NCBI GenBank assembly: GCA_037379345.1
Contig: CM074515.1
Location: forward strand, 2,232,001 to 2,296,000
DNA from: Perna viridis
Taxonomy: Eukaryota
Length of the DNA: 64,000 nucleotides
Reading direction: 5' to 3'
Part shown: one piece after another, positions 24,036-37,900 of the stretch
How the letters are laid out: every line of letters starts with the position of its first letter
How positions within the stretch are numbered: position 1 is the stretch's first letter
Position numbers and translations under genes: made by a program
The notes under the pieces: model-generated
What the model was told of the DNA's origin: nothing
The model's input: the letters and a program-made list of their open reading frames with translations, nothing else
Databases searched by the model: none

Positions 24036-26994
24036 GTTTTATGTGGGTCCTGAAATGAAAATCTGACATGTCCGTTAACTGCTGGTAGTCCTTAGTTTGT
24101 ACATTTGTGTTATTTGTGTTCAGTTTATTTCCGTTGTAACAAGGAACTCTTGATCTTTTTGAACTGATTTTTAGGTATTTTTAATTGTGTAAATAACTCT
24201 GAGCAGTTGTGTATATCTGAAATCTGGCAGAGGCGTTAAATTGTTCAGCACGATGGGATGGAACTATGTCGAAATTCTCAGAAAAATGCATTGATGGATG
24301 AATGAGTTATGGGTCCTGAAATGAATTTTTCCCCCTATTTTACATTTTCTACTTCGAAAATGTTCTCTGAAACTACTAAAAGGATTTAAACTAAACTTAG
24401 CATTAATGCAAGACTTTAGCTTTAGAAGGCTGAAACGACTTATTGACCAGGTGGGCTCTCTGGAGCCTGTAGTTTTTTTTGGGGGGGGTCTGGTTTTGAT
24501 TTTTTTTAACTGGAATCCTTATGAAAATCCCTGCTTTCGTTTTACATTCAGATTTCTGATATCTCTTACGGTTTTCGAGTTGTAAGGGGTCAATCAGATA
24601 CATAAAAAGAACATTTTTTAAAAGGTTTTGGTACAGTTTCCAACAGTTTTTATTGGATTCCTTATGAAAATCTGTCTGCGTAATACATTCAGATTTATCT
24701 CTTGCGGTTTTCGAATTGTAAAGGGTGAAAAGCGTCCAGCCTCAAAATAATTTATTTTGGTCCGATTTCAGACACTAGTATCTCTTACAGTTTTAAGGGG
24801 TCAAAAGGGCCACACCAATTTGTTTGGTCCGATTTGGTCAAAGGGGCTATACCCCAAAAAATCAGTTCTTTTAATTTTGGCCCGATTTCGAACATTTTTG
24901 ATTGGATTCTTTATGAAAATCCCTGCCTGCATTTTTTTCAAATCTTATGGCTTTCTAGTTAAAAGGTGTCAAAGGGACCACAACCCATAAAATCTACTTT
25001 TAAAAATGTTTTGTCCGATTTCATACTTGTTTGGTGATGTCTGAAAGCATTTACTATTTTGTATTTAAGTTATACGCTGGTGCATTTATTGCGATTCACC
25101 ATATCCGTTATTTTTCTACTGTATGAAAACAGAAATTGAACGTTTAATTTCCATACCATACCACAGCAGGAGGGCTGGGTTATGACCCTAACTGTTAAGT
25201 AATTGAATAGCAACAAAAACTAGTAACATTTTCTAAAACTTCGATCAAATCGATGTTTCCTAGTCAATTTCTATGGGATTTCTTTGGAATCTTTGATGGT
25301 TAATTTAATTGTTTATTTAGAGTTTTCAACTTGTCTCTTGTTTTCAAAATTCAATGGCTTGATCCACACTAAATCCAATTTTAACACGAATTGTTGGGTA
25401 CTTTGGTATGTTGAATAAAATAGCTCAGGGTTTCTATATTGAACCATTACAGTAAAACGTTTTATTATTAGTAAATTAAAATAAAAAAAAAATATTTTTG
25501 GTCGTATTATGGTATCACCCAATCGTCGTCGGGGTCCATGGCGTCTGTTAACTTTATTAACAATAATTTGAATACCTAGGGACATGGTTTAGGGCCCTAT
25601 AGTTTTTACGTTTTTGCCCCAACCCTATTGAAAATAAGGATCTAAAAAGGGGAAATAAGTGTTATCATTAGGATTGATAATAGAAAGTTGATTGCTAATC
25701 TAATTTTGATGATTCAGGTGTCAATGTGTTTCTTTTCAAATTCTGTTCTATTTTTTTTTACATTTTCTCTCTAACGAATTTGGAGTTGAGGGGTACGAAA
25801 TTGGACAATGCCCAAAAATTAACTTAATACGATTGCGGTCGTTTAGTGGTAAATGCACTAGGTGTCCGTGTCGTCGTCTTTGTTGTCGTCCGTAGAGTCG
25901 TAGACACATTGTTTTCGTTCAGTAACTTGAATATTAGTGGGTTGCTCTTTGTGAAATGTTACCACGAGGCTCCAAACAACAAAACGGTCAGATATTGAAC
26001 TGGTGGTGGGGGTATGGTTTCAAACGTCATGTAATAAGGAGCCAAAAAAAGTTTTTTTTTCTTCAAAGAATTGGACTATTTAACTCCAGTTAAAACATGG
26101 AGGTTTAGGTTATCGATCGACAAAATTTTGACCCCCCCCCCCAATCAACCAAAATGTGATTTTCAGGTACCCTTAAACCTCCCATTTACGAATCTTTTTA
26201 TCGCCAAAAAATAAGCTGAAGTTTTTTTTATATTTTTTGGCTACTTCATATACCCAGTTGAGACAAAAACCCACTTTTTAATTTTTTTATTATACGGACT
26301 TCTTCTCTCAACAAAATGAAGTAAACTTACATATGTATGTATCATCATGTAGCCCAATGTCTCAGCTTTACAATGGTACCAAGAAAGTTGCAGTAACACT
26401 TAATGTACTCCTACCCCGCCGAAAAATCGATTAAATTGACATATTCTTCAATGTCAAGACCACTAGAGTATTTATGTGGCTTATTTTGGAATTTCTGTTT
26501 AGTTTTATCACAATTTATACTTCAGGAGTTCTTTTGATTAATTTTGGCGATTTTCGTTGTCAGAATTCATCAAAAAAATGAAAAATGGGATTTTCGGTGA
26601 AAGCACCCTGAACAGAACATTTTTTAATAGTTTAATTTAATTTCAAAATATTGTGCAATATTGTATCCAATAGGTTGTGTGTCCATAATGAACTGAAAAT
26701 CTGTCAAAAACTAATAAAGTGTCCACACTTGCCCCAAGGGAATAAAGTTCAACTGGCTGCGGACATATCATGCTATGCTCGGCGAAAGCTTTATTTGTTT
26801 TTGATCCGATTATGAATTTTGTTATTTGATTCCTTCAAAAAGCCTAACTTTTTTCCCCATTATTGAGCTGTACATATATATGTGACCACAATGAACGCTT
26901 AAGTGTGTCAAAAACTAAATATTGTGTCCTCATTTGCCAAAATTGAACAGAGTTCAACATGCTGCGGTCGTATCATGCTGCTCTCTGCGAAGCT

Positions 26995-27660
26995 CTATAT
27001 TGGTGCCCTACCGGCGACTTTCGTTCTTTTGCACACGTTCCGTCCGTCACTCCGGTCAAATAAGTTTTCCGCACTTTTTTTCGTCATACTTGCAGATATT
27101 TATTTGATATCTAGTACATTGCTTTACCATGGCAAGTTAAAGATCATGGTCCAATTTTGTTCCGGTCAATTGACTTTGTGCTGACTTATGGCCCTTTGAC
27201 TTATGAATTCGTGCACCCATTTTCCGGACTTTTTTGTCATGCTTTCAAATATTTGTTTGATATTTGGTACATCATTTTACGATTGCAAGTTACAGATTTT
27301 GGTCCAATTTTGTTCCGGTCCATTCGTATCTTGCTGAGTTATGGCCCTTGGACTTAGAGAATGCATGCAATAACTCAGTTTTCCAAACTTATTTTCGTCA
27401 TGCTTGCAGATATTTGTTTGATATTTGGTACATTGCTTTACCATGGCAAGTTCACAGATCAAGTTCGAAAATTGTTTCGGTCCGTTGAAGTTTTGCTGAG
27501 TTATGGCCCTTGGACTTAGAAAATTAATGACGACTTGACGTTTTCCGCACTTTTTCGTTTACAAATTTTGCAATAAGTTAGCATTCTGTTCTCTTCAACA
27601 GAAATTCATTTCGGTAGGAGACTTTGTATTGACATGTAATACTCAAAGAATGTTTGTTGC
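26995..27660 (-). mobile_element. HINE-like element with ~155-bp internal tandem units
   Basis: Three copies of cttgcagatatttgtttgatatttggtacattgctttaccatggcaagtt...gagttatggcccttggacttaga, with a tccgtccgtc microsatellite near one end. Confidence 0.6.
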
Positions 27661-27715
27661 TACTTTATTTGATCAGAATGGTATGTTGTTTAACTAGTAT
27701 TTACAATCTAAACGA

Positions 27716-27950
27716 TTGATTGATTGATTGTTGGGGTTTAACTCCCAAGCAGCAATATTTAAGCTATATTCAGGCGAAGAACATGAAATGGATGATAAAA
27801 TGAACATGAAATGATGATGAATTGAAAAATGGGATGGGACACAAGGATAATGGAGTCGACAAATTTTGATTGCTACTGGAAATAGGGAAAGGTGGGTAAA
27901 AGTCGGGGAATTTAGCTTCCTGTGGCAAAAGTTGCCTCTACTGCTCAGGT
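27716..27950 (-). mobile_element. 3' fragment of the SINE-like family
   Basis: (gatt)n tail and body are the reverse complement of 45540-45755. Confidence 0.8.
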
Positions 27951-29399
27951 GTCATTATATGTGGTTACATTGACCTGTGCACCACCCAAGTAATTTATTA
28001 TATTTGTTTTAAATGCTTATCATACGTCCGTTTTGCTAGAAGGGACGCAGTGTGGTATACCGTTGTCCATCCGTCGTTAACAAATAGCACAATCACTCAA
28101 AAACGCTTCCACTAATTTTCACGAAACGTTGTATTGGTGAAATATTTCTTTCTGTTGATGTGAGACCTCTTTTCAATTTTGCATATTTCAGATTTTATGT
28201 TTTTAGAGTAATGGGACAATCTCTCGTTTTCGAACTAAATTAAAAACGCCAAAAGCATTTTCCATGAAACTTAGATATATTGGTTATTTCTACTCATGTA
28301 AACCCCTTTTGATGTTCAGTATTTTCTATTTATATACGTTTTCGTGTTATGGGAGTAATTTTGCTATTTGTCTATTTGGACCAATGCATGTTGTGTGGCA
28401 TGTTTTTTATACATCCACAAAAAAAAAATGCGATTTAATACTACTAAAGGAATGTGGGTACTGAAGTTGGTGGTTATAGTTCTGTTTGGGAATTAAGTAA
28501 GGAAAAACAAGCATTGCACAAAATTATGACTCGAGTATAAGCATATGGTACTACAATGTTGTATACTTCAAAGGTCATACTTGGATTGTTTTTGGGGGTT
28601 ATGTTTTAAATACGAATTTAGGGCTGAAAAGGGCTAAAATCATGTCTTTTGATGCCCGCGAATATGCTCACTTGATTAAAAGAATACGTGAAAATTAGCA
28701 ACCTCGAAAATGAATACGTTTATACTACATATATTGAGCAGTGCTCTAGAAGAAAGACGAGGTTACAGGGGTCTAGGGAGATTTGTTAATACTGAGATTT
28801 GGTATCTTATGTTTTTGATGTATTTTTGTCGTGGAATAATCGATCGATCCGGCAGTGTTTCCGTTTTATGAGAAATAGAATATTAAAAACTGGAACTATT
28901 AAAAACAGCAATAAGTCCCTGCATGACACTTTATAGGTGGAGCCTTTATTTTGGATAGGCTTACACACCATACAGTCCTATTACCTAAATTTTAGTTATG
29001 TCCAGATAACGGGTGATGAGTCCCTGAAGGTTTTATAGTTGCATCGTATACAGGCAAATGAAGAAAACTGTATTATTATGGAAACATACTTGCCCAACAC
29101 TGTGCCCAATTGAACGGAACTTGCAGTAATATTGACGAACATTATCAGGCTAACGTGTTTAATTAAGATAACGGAGGTAATTCTAGTGGATTGAAACTAT
29201 AAATATTGCCGAGTTAGTATCGATTTATGATAATTTCCATCCCCTGTAAATAAAATACGATTCATTCATGTATCCAACTGGAAACTCCGTGGAAGAAGAT
29301 ATTCTATAGAATAGGTAAGAATTGTAGTAATCGATTTGTTTGTATAAGAAGTTATTGACAGAACAAAATACATAGTTATCAGAACATGGCATATTCTTG

Positions 29400-29527
29400 T
29401 CATTAGATATACTCGGTAATCGTAGTGTATTTAGACAATGGTATCGAATCACTGAAACCTCGGATAAATTCCAATCAATGTTTGGTTTCTCTGTGGTGTT
29501 AAAACTGGAATATATAACTACATAAAG
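29400..29527 (+). other. Possible 5'-UTR exon of the FAM234-like gene (start boundary unknown)
   Basis: Consensus donor AAG|GTAAGT at 29527/29528 upstream of the acceptor at 34233/34234. Confidence 0.25.
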
Positions 29528-31123
29528 GTAAGTTTGCTGTCAAGTCAAGCATGGTATGATTCTTGATCCTTTCTAGGGAATGAATTCCGACGATCGACAT
29601 TTTTCCTTCAGGAAATACTCTTGGTGCAAATGAGACTGAAGTTTTGGGAACAAAAATTCTGTAAAGAATTATGTAGGGATGTGGGGAAACTTCGCAGAGA
29701 CAAAGTTTAGGCATATAAAACTTGTCAAAAGAAACATGGATTCAATCTGGTATCTATCATACTGACTGAGAGATTTTGATCATGCGGTATCACATTGAAA
29801 GCATAGAAATTGAAGCGTTAGTTTACAAGATAAATGGTTGCTTGATTATTTAACACAAAGTTCAAGAAGGAAGTTCCTTGTTGTTTCAAACCATCACTAT
29901 ACTAACCACATATTTATCAGGATTTTAAACTAAAATTATTGTAAATATCTATTGTTCTTTACAATAACAGTAGAAATTTTAGTAGCAAACACCAGATTCT
30001 TTGAGTCATTGGCAAGCGGACCCCTTCTAATTTCCAACCCTGTATATTTCTGAATATGCCGACATAACGAATGACAAAAGGATGCATTGTTAACGAAAAA
30101 CAGCAAATGATAAATTATATAACTGGAGCTTTTTTAACACTGCTAGAAACTAATTGTCCTTGTTCAAAACCTATTGGTGCTATAAGTAAATTGGTTAAAC
30201 AAAAAGCTTCCTTAAAACCAATAGTCACAAGAATGTGAAAAAAAACACACGTACAATATGCTTTTTACCTAAAGAGCACGCACATATTGACTGAAGTGCG
30301 ATTGAACTAACTGATATCGTAGAACTACTAAGTGCGACTATGCCAAAAAATAAAGACCGTTTTACTTAAAGATAAAAACATGAAAACATGCAGATGATGA
30401 GAATTATTTTTTTGAAAAAATAATAGTAGCTGTTGCATGAAAAATGATGAAGTGGATGGCGTATGAATTAACCCCATAGGCAGACCAAGCTGCGAGTTTG
30501 TTCCATTTTTTTTCGGCATGAACTAGGACTGATTATTTAATACAGGCGTTTCATTTCAGTCTTTTCATGTCTGTTTTTTTTTAAATCTTAAGAGAGACTT
30601 TTTGTTTATACTTGAAGTAATCTGAATGCCGAATAAAAACGTGGGTATTTTAGGGGTCAAAAGTACGAAACAGCCGTAGAGACATGAGAATAGCAATGCT
30701 TTATAAAAAAAAATGTGACGATAGATCGTCTGTATATTTTAAATTTTCGAGAAATTATTTTAAAAGTTTGTATTTTTATTTATGAATAGTAATTTTTGTG
30801 GTTATAAGTACTTATTAATACAGAAAGTACAAGGATTTATAGGATAATGATGTAAAGCAATTTCTCCAACTTACTAAGAGTATATCTAACAAGAAAGATA
30901 ATCGAAAAGAGCATTATAGTCGGGAAACGTGCAAACAATCAGTACATAGTAAGATAATGCAGCCAGATTCATGACTTCTGATTCGCAATAAATCATATTA
31001 CGGTTTCTTGTCTCCTACTTACAGAGCTAGCTCACACCCAAAGCCTTTGGGTCTTTTGTTTATACTATACACACAAGAAATAGTATGACACAAGGACAGA
31101 TCTGAAATTTTAACTTTCGCCCA

Positions 31124-33562
31124 AAATACAACCATGGAATATACGGACTTGTATTTTTGTCAATGCTCTTACCATGCTGTAAATCAAATACAACCATGGA
31201 ATATACGGACTTGTATTTTTGTCAATGCTCTTACCATGCTGTAAATCAAAATACAACCATGGAATATACGGACTTTTTGTCAATGCTCTTACCATGCTGT
31301 AAATCAAATACAACCATGGAATATACGGACTTGTATTTTTGTCAATGCTCTTACCATGCTGTAAATCAAAATACAACCATGGAATATACGGACTTTTTGT
31401 CAATGCTCTTACCATGCTGTAAATCAAATACAACCATGGAATATACGGACTTGTATTTTTGTCAATGCTCTTACCATGCTGTAAATCAAAATACAACCAT
31501 GGAATATACGGACTTTTTGTCAATGCTCTTACCATGCTGTAAATCAAATACAACCATGGAATATACGGACTTGTATTTTTGTCAATGCTCTTACCATGCT
31601 GTAAATCAAAATACAACCATGGAATATACGGACTTTTTGTCAATGCTCTTACCATGCTGTAAATCAAATACAACCATGGAATATACGGACTTTTTGTCAA
31701 TGCTCTTACCATGCTATAAATCAAATACAACCATGGAATATACGGACTTTTTGTCAATGCTCTTACCATGCTATAAATCAAATACAACCATGGAATATAC
31801 GGACTTTTTGTCAATGCTCTTACCATGCTATAAATCAAATACAACCATGGAATATACGGACTTTTTGTCAATGCTCTTACCATGCTGTAAATCAAATACA
31901 ACCATGGAATATACGGACTTGTATTTTTGTCAATGCTCTTACCATGCTATAAATCAAATACAACCATGGAATATACGGACTTTTTGTCAATGCTCTTACC
32001 ATGCTATAAATCAAATACAACCATGGAATATACGGACTTGTATTTTTGTCAATGCTCTTACCATGCTGTAAATCAAAATACAACCATGGAATATACGGAC
32101 TTTTTGTCAATGCTCTTACCATGCTGTAAATCAAATACAACCATGGAATATACGGACTTTTTGTCAATGCTCTTACCATGCTATAAATCAAATACAACCA
32201 TGGAATATACGGACTTTTTGTCAATGCTCTTACCATGCTGTAAATCAAATACAACCATGGAATATACGGACTTTTTGTCAATGCTCTTACCATGCTGTAA
32301 ATCAAATACAACCATGGAATATACGGACTTTTTGTCAATGCTCTTACCATGCTATAAATCAAATACAACCATGGAATATACGGACTTTTTGTCAATGCTC
32401 TTACCATGCTGTAAATCAAATACAACCATGGAATATACGGACTTTTTGTCAATGCTCTTACCATGCTGTAAATCAAAATACAACCATGGAATATACGGAC
32501 TTTTTGTCAATGCTCTTACCATGCTGTAAATCAAATACAACCATGGAATATACGGACTTGTATTTTTGTCAATGCTCTTACCATGCTGTAAATCAAATAC
32601 AACCATGGAATATACGGACTTTTTGTCAATGCTCTTACCATGCTGTAAATCAAAATACAACCATGGAATATACGGACTTTTTGTCAATGCTCTTACCATG
32701 CTGTAAATCAAATACAACCATGGAATATACGGACTTTTTGTCAATGCTCTTACCATGCTATAAATCAAATACAACCATGGAATATACGGACTTTTTGTCA
32801 ATGCTCTTACCATGCTATAAATCAAATACAACCATGGAATATACGGACTTTTTGTCAATGCTCTTACCATGCTATAAATCAAATACAACCATGGAATATA
32901 CGGAATTTTTGTCAATGCTCTTACCATGCTGTAAATCAAATACAACCATGGAATATACGGACTTTTTGTCAATGCTCTTACCATGCTATAAATCAAATAC
33001 AACCATGGAATATACGGACTTTTTGTCAATGCTCTTACCATGCTGTAAATCAAATACAACCATGGAATATACGGACTTTTTGTCAATGCTCTTACCATGC
33101 TGTAAATCAAATACAACCATGGAATATACGGACTTTTTGTCAATGCTCTTACCATGCTGTAAATCAAATACAACCATGGAATATACGGACTTTTTGTCAA
33201 TGCTCTTACCATGCTATAAATCAAATACAACCATGGAATATACGGACTTTTTGTCAATGCTCTTACCATGCTATAAATCAAATACAACCATGGAATATAC
33301 GGACTTTTTGTCAATGCTCTTACCATGCTGTAAATCAAATACAACCATGGAATATACGGACTTTTTGTCAATGCTCTTACCATGCTGTAAATCAAATACA
33401 ACCATGGAATATACGGACTTGTTGTCAATGCTCTTACCATGCTGTAAATCAAATACAACCATGGAATATACGGACTTTTTGTCAATGCTCTTAGCATGCT
33501 GTAAATCAAATACAACCATGGAATATACGGACTTGTATTTTTGTCAATGCTGTAAATCAAAT
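31124..33562. repeat. 57-bp minisatellite, ~42 near-identical copies with 58/62/63-bp variants
   Basis: Unit aaatacaaccatggaatatacggactttttgtcaatgctcttaccatgctgtaaatc. No unique spacers. Confidence 0.98.
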
Positions 33563-34243
33563 CCTATTCATAGAAATATTTATTCTTCATTTTGAATTCA
33601 AAGTATGACAGTTAATAACACTAAATCTTAGTAGATTAATTATCTGTGACATATTTACTGTTAGCTAAAGACCATGAGCTTCCGTTCAGGGGAACGTAGG
33701 CAGATCTTGTCACAATGTTTCGATCGATATTCCCAGTGTAAATGGAAATCTCGGAATATGCCAAGGGCTTTGAAATTTTATATCTAAATTAACGATCACT
33801 TCTATCGACTAGACGTTTATTAACCAACAACAATTTTTGTGCCAATTGTTTTGCACAATCAACTAGCTAGATAACAATTACAAAAATCATGTTATATTTA
33901 ACGAGAGAAAAAAGGGAAATTTCTTTGAACCGTTAACCAGTGCCCAGTTCATCGATCCATTGGTATACTCTAGCCACTGCAATACTCGAGTATATTTGCA
34001 ATTTTTCAAGAATTTTAGGGGGTATCTAGTAAATGTTTTTTTTCCTGTTTGCCAGTCCGTCCGTCCGTCAGGCATGCCTTAGTTTGCCTAAAAACATAGA
34101 TCTCTCAATAGATATGATAAGTTATATCTGGCACTTCACCTACTAAGGAAAGTATTTTTGTTCTGACAAAATTTCGGTTTATTTTTGTTATTTCCTTTAC
34201 AATCTCTGATCTAACCTGTTATTTATTTTACAGGATTGAGCCA

Positions 34244-34952
34244 ATGTCACTAAGTCTTGAAACTGAAGTACTTTTCAAAAGAGGAACTAAAAGTAAGAAT
34301 GGCTATACGCAAACCAATGGCAACCTGCTGGTCCCTTCTGACTCCCACGTCGACAGGGAACTTATCGCTTCTTCTGACTGTAGGTATGATGGAAATATCC
34401 CATTGGCCACCGAAAGCCATCGACAAAACAGGGTTCGGAGTTCCTCGGACAGCCAGAGTAACGGCCGACTTCGTGCATCGTCTGACGGAGTTAATAATGA
34501 AACCGACGATGAATATTATTCAGATGAGGAAGACGAGGTATTTATTCAAGGAGGTATACACATAGATAAATACTCATCCAAACCCTTAATGTATCCTAGA
34601 AACCGTCTAAAAATAAAGAAGTACTCCAAATATAGATGTGAGAACTGCACGTGTAGAAATAGGAAAAACGTAAAACCAGTAATTTGCCTTTTTTGTCTAT
34701 TAGCATCTATTGGATGTATGATAACACTTCTAGTTTTCTATTTCAATGGAAATAACAAAGGTGCCAATGTGAAAGGAATAAACCAGAATAAAGTATCTAA
34801 TGATGCCACATACAATTTGATAGGATGTAACAACATAAAAGTAGAAGATGTTTGGACAGTAGGACTTCCAAAATTAAACACTGAATCATCTTTTAGATTG
34901 CTTGATGTAAATCAAGATGGGGTGTTAGACATTGTATTCGGATTCGGTACAG
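34244..34952 (+). CDS. FAM234-like coding exon 1
   Basis: N-terminus, TM helix and first FG-GAP blade; donor ag|gtaagt. Confidence 0.9.
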
Positions 34953-37900
34953 GTAAGTTTTAAACTAAAATAAAACAAAAATACAACCATGAATACAAAA
35001 CAGATGAACCTCAGACTATATCAGTTCTCTATGTAAAGTGTAAGAAATTGCACCTTTTGAGGTTTTTTAACGCTATTCGAATGTTATTGCTTTCTTTATA
35101 TCCTTTTTAATTTCTTTGAATACAAAATTACACAAAATAAACAACGCATGTCATGAGTTCAAGATCCACGGTGATTTGATACATTTTCTAATTTAGATTG
35201 CTACTGCTTAATATAAATATGCACGCTTATTTGATACCTCTTCAAATGGATGCTCCCCGTTAATGTCAAGATCCAGAGCGATTTGATAGTGTACCTCTTA
35301 TGTTGACTGTTGCCGCAAAATATCAAGAGCCATGGTGATTTGGTATCTCTTCTAATGTTAGCTCCCTCTTAATGTCAAAATTCCACAGTGATTTGATACA
35401 TCTTCTAATGTTAGCTTCCGCTTAATGTCAAAATTCTGCAGTGATTTGATACATCTTCTAATGATATTTCCCGCTTAATGTCAAGATCCACTGTGATTTA
35501 TACCTCATCTATAGATTGTTCCCTCTTAATGTCAAGATCTATGGTGATTTGTTACCTCTACTAATGTTAGCTTCCGCTTAATGTCAAGATCCTCAGTGAC
35601 TTACTACATCTTCTGTTGATAGTTCCCGCTTAATGTCAAAATCCATGGTGATTAATACCTCATCTATAGATTTTTCCCGCTTAATGTCAAGATCCATGCT
35701 GATTTGTGGTCGAACGTATTAATTATTGATTCATAATCAAAACGATAACTACTGTGTTTTGATCGCGGAGCGCGGACCAATCAAAGATAATGACGTCACA
35801 GCAACAAGACAGGTTATTCAAAATATGTTTACCCTGGCCGGGGGCTAGGGCACTCTGCCCACAAAGCAACTCGGTTGTGTGCCCCAGGCGGTAGAATGGG
35901 ATACCATTGGCAATTAAATGCTGGGGTCGTCATGCCATGATACGGAAAACCTGACCACAAACCATAGTGGTGCAAGGTGTTGGGAAAGATGCCACGTTCG
36001 TCGCACGTTAAAGAACCCTTTTGTAGTTTTCTATCGGTTTAGGAACAATTCGGCTCGGCGATAGGAGGCTAAATTGTCCGACCCTACCCACCTCTCCCTA
36101 CTTCCAGTGGCAATCAAAATTTGTCGTCGACCCCATTATCCTTATGTCCCATCCCTTTTTCATTTTATCATCATTTCATGTTCATTTTATCATCCATTTC
36201 ATGTTCATCGCCTGGATATAGCTAAAATATTGCTGCTAAACCCTAATAATCAATCAATCAATCAAAACAGGTTTACTAGAGAGCAAACCATACAAATCAA
36301 ATTTAATTATAACATATTAACAGTTTTGTTTATAGAATAACACATAAATCAGGGTCAAAAATATATTGTAGGTAATTTCAGCATATTTTTAATTTAACGT
36401 GCATGAGTACTAAGTTTTGCTATCAATACTATCAACGTAGATGATATTAACTTTTGTCATTACATATATGTCTTTTTAGAAAAAAAGATCTATTTTGAAT
36501 TTTTAATTTTTTCCTTCGAATTTACTTTTTTGTTCAAGTGATCATTTCATAAGAACTATCGCATATGGACATAAGTAACACACTAACGTAGACACACTGA
36601 CAGTATTCTAAAATATTCACGTACACCCGTTAGCTGCTGTCTACGTGAGAAGTAAATGATCATTGTTTCATGTACTTGTCCACGATGTATTACCATTTGT
36701 AGAACATTAAATACTTCATATCTGAAAATGCTTTCTTCATTAGGTGCTGATGGATATTTTGTGTCCGATATAGTATGTGATATTTATTTCAATGGGAAAC
36801 GTCCATGTTTTGGAGGAATGATGGCTTTAGACGGCTTAACTGGAAAGGAATTGTGGAGACATTATTCTGTCCACGAACTGTTTGGAATAAACTGTAACGA
36901 GGATTTAAATAATGATGGCGTTTTAGACTGCACCGGGGGTGGAAGGGCTGGGGTTAGTATTGAAAATAAGATTTACTGGATTTAAAAATGTATACATAAT
37001 AAAGCACCAAAGCTCTGGTCATCAGTGGAATGTAACACTCTCAGTCATAACTGTTGCTATCGAAAGAAATTAGTATACTATTAATTTTATATTGATTTCT
37101 AAGGAGGTTATTTTTTTTATAATCAGTCATTTCTATGACTGTATCATTTAGGGACCTGAACATTATTTATCGGCAATTGACCATTTTCGGTCAATATTCA
37201 TGATAGTTATTTGCCATAGTATGCATATTAATTTCATGTTAGGGAAGAATATTGGTTAAAACATGGTTATATGGTATTAAATTCCGCATGATAATGCACG
37301 GGGCATCACCTGACAGTAATGCCTGATTTGAAATAAGCACAATAGTTGCTTTTGTAGGCATTATCGATAAATTAGTACACTAACAATAATTTACCAACGT
37401 TAAACTAACACATTTCTATTTTGTATTGAAACTGTAATGTTGTAATGACTACTGAAACAGTACTGTATCTTACAGTGACGTTACAGTACTGTCTTTTACA
37501 GTTGTTACAGTACTGTCATTTACTTATAATTTTTTTTTAACGTGTCAGTTTTCCTTTCCTCTTTCGTGTACCCCGAACTTGACTTTTATAAGCAACTCGG
37601 TGGTTGTTTCCGGAAAAGCAGGTGTTCCCAGTCTTAAGTTGAGTCCGAATTGCTCTTTTACTTTTGTTACTTTGTATGTATTATTTTAGTTACTTTATGT
37701 TCTTTGTGGTGTCCGTTTTCCATGTCTGGTCTCTGTCCCTGAATTACTGACATTCTTTCGATTTCCGGTAGAATTTTGGTTCTCTTGATTACTAATAATG
37801 TAAACTTCCCATCATCATACGATTAAAAAAACACACGTAGAACAAATGTGTATGATATTTAAGTAGTACATTTTGATCTTATATATAGCTAGAACTTTGA

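Noticed and set aside
29010-29035. tgatgagtcc as a hammerhead or box C motif
   Set aside because: There is no matching GAAA/stem II, and no box D at a snoRNA-like distance with a terminal stem.
31110-33595. Long ORFs on both strands (up to 402 aa) and a CRISPR-like appearance
   Set aside because: They arise from a 57-bp (multiple of 3) tandem unit and are broken by 58/62-bp variants. There are no unique spacers and no cas genes, and the context is eukaryotic.
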